NCBI GenBank assembly: GCA_963758635.1
Contig: CAVWWD010000003.1
Coordinates: 384,001 to 448,000, forward strand
DNA length: 64,000 nt
Source: an uncultured Candidatus Rokubacteria bacterium
Lineage (GTDB): Bacteria > Methylomirabilota > Methylomirabilia > Rokubacteriales > CSP1-6
Direction of reading: 5' to 3'
Part shown: positions 63,474 through 64,000 of the stretch, one piece after another
How positions within the stretch are numbered: the stretch's first letter is position 1
Layout of the letters: each line of letters starts with the position of its first letter
The notes under the pieces: model-generated
The model's input: only the letters and a program-made list of their open reading frames with translations
Database searches by the model: none
Told to the model about the DNA's origin: nothing
Translations under genes and position numbers: made by a program

Positions 63474-64000
63474 TCAGTCTTTGATCGTCTCGTTCACCCA
63501 GCGATCCACGAGGCGCTTGCGGTTCTTGCCGACCCACTCCAGGTCGACGGGCAGGAGCTTCGCCTCCTTCATCAGGGTCTGGACCGACGCGTCGATGCTG
63601 GCCCCCGGCAGCACCGGCAGCATGTAGAACGTCGTTCTTGTCGAGCAGGTCCTGCATGTCCTTCGAGAACGTCCAGTCGATGAATTTCGTGGCGAGGTCA
63701 CGGTTCTTCGCGCCCTTCACGAGGGCGATGGCCTCGATCACGGCGGCGACGCCCTCCTTCGGGAACGTCACGACCATGTCGTAGCCCTTCTTCTTGGCCT
63801 CCATGGCGTCGGGCATGTGCGCGACGCACACCATGGCCTGACCCAGCGCGGTGGGCACGGTGCAGCCGCCCCCGCTCTTCGTGTAGACCTGCACGTTCTT
63901 GTGGAGCTTCTTCTGGTAGTCGAAGGCCTTCTCCTCGTCCTTGCCGAACGCGTAGTAGATGGACAGCATCCGCGTGAGGGCGGTGCCCGAGGTGCGGGCG
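63474..64000 (-). CDS. ABC substrate-binding protein, partial (frameshifted)
   Basis: TSGTA, FPKEG, AIALVKGAKN, FIDW. Confidence 0.8.

Overview
High-GC bacterial sequence with many single-base frameshifts, including in housekeeping-type genes, which suggests long-read consensus errors. The gene families resemble those expanded in Ca. Rokubacteria and similar soil lineages (inference). 1-4077 holds trpE with a Trp attenuator, trxA, a cyclase-family hydrolase and an FAD oxidoreductase. A ~24.7 kb integrative element (4055-28760) sits in the 3' end of that oxidoreductase. It is bounded by 21-bp direct repeats (1 mismatch) and carries an identical 20-bp arm-type motif inside each end. Its backbone is satellite-like: tyrosine integrase, XRE, Xis-like HTHs, primase plus DUF3987-like helicase, a 9-bp-period inverted iteron-like array and a terminal DUF5681-like gene, with no capsid, tail or conjugation genes. 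Its cargo is unusual. It has seven head-to-tail orphan ABC substrate-binding-protein paralogs with near-constant ends and divergent cores, and a repeated small Cys/His gene whose 3' end is each time followed by a different exported protein. It also has an adenylate cyclase-AAA-TPR gene between ~100-bp direct repeats, HNH and GIY-YIG nucleases, and an HTH/HExxH peptidase pair. Repeated duplication of gene 3' ends suggests a cassette-accumulating system. 28767-64000 is metabolic and transport sequence (two Liv-type, one Dpp-type and one Fbp-type ABC system, oxidoreductases, hydrolases) with some intergenic inverted repeats.
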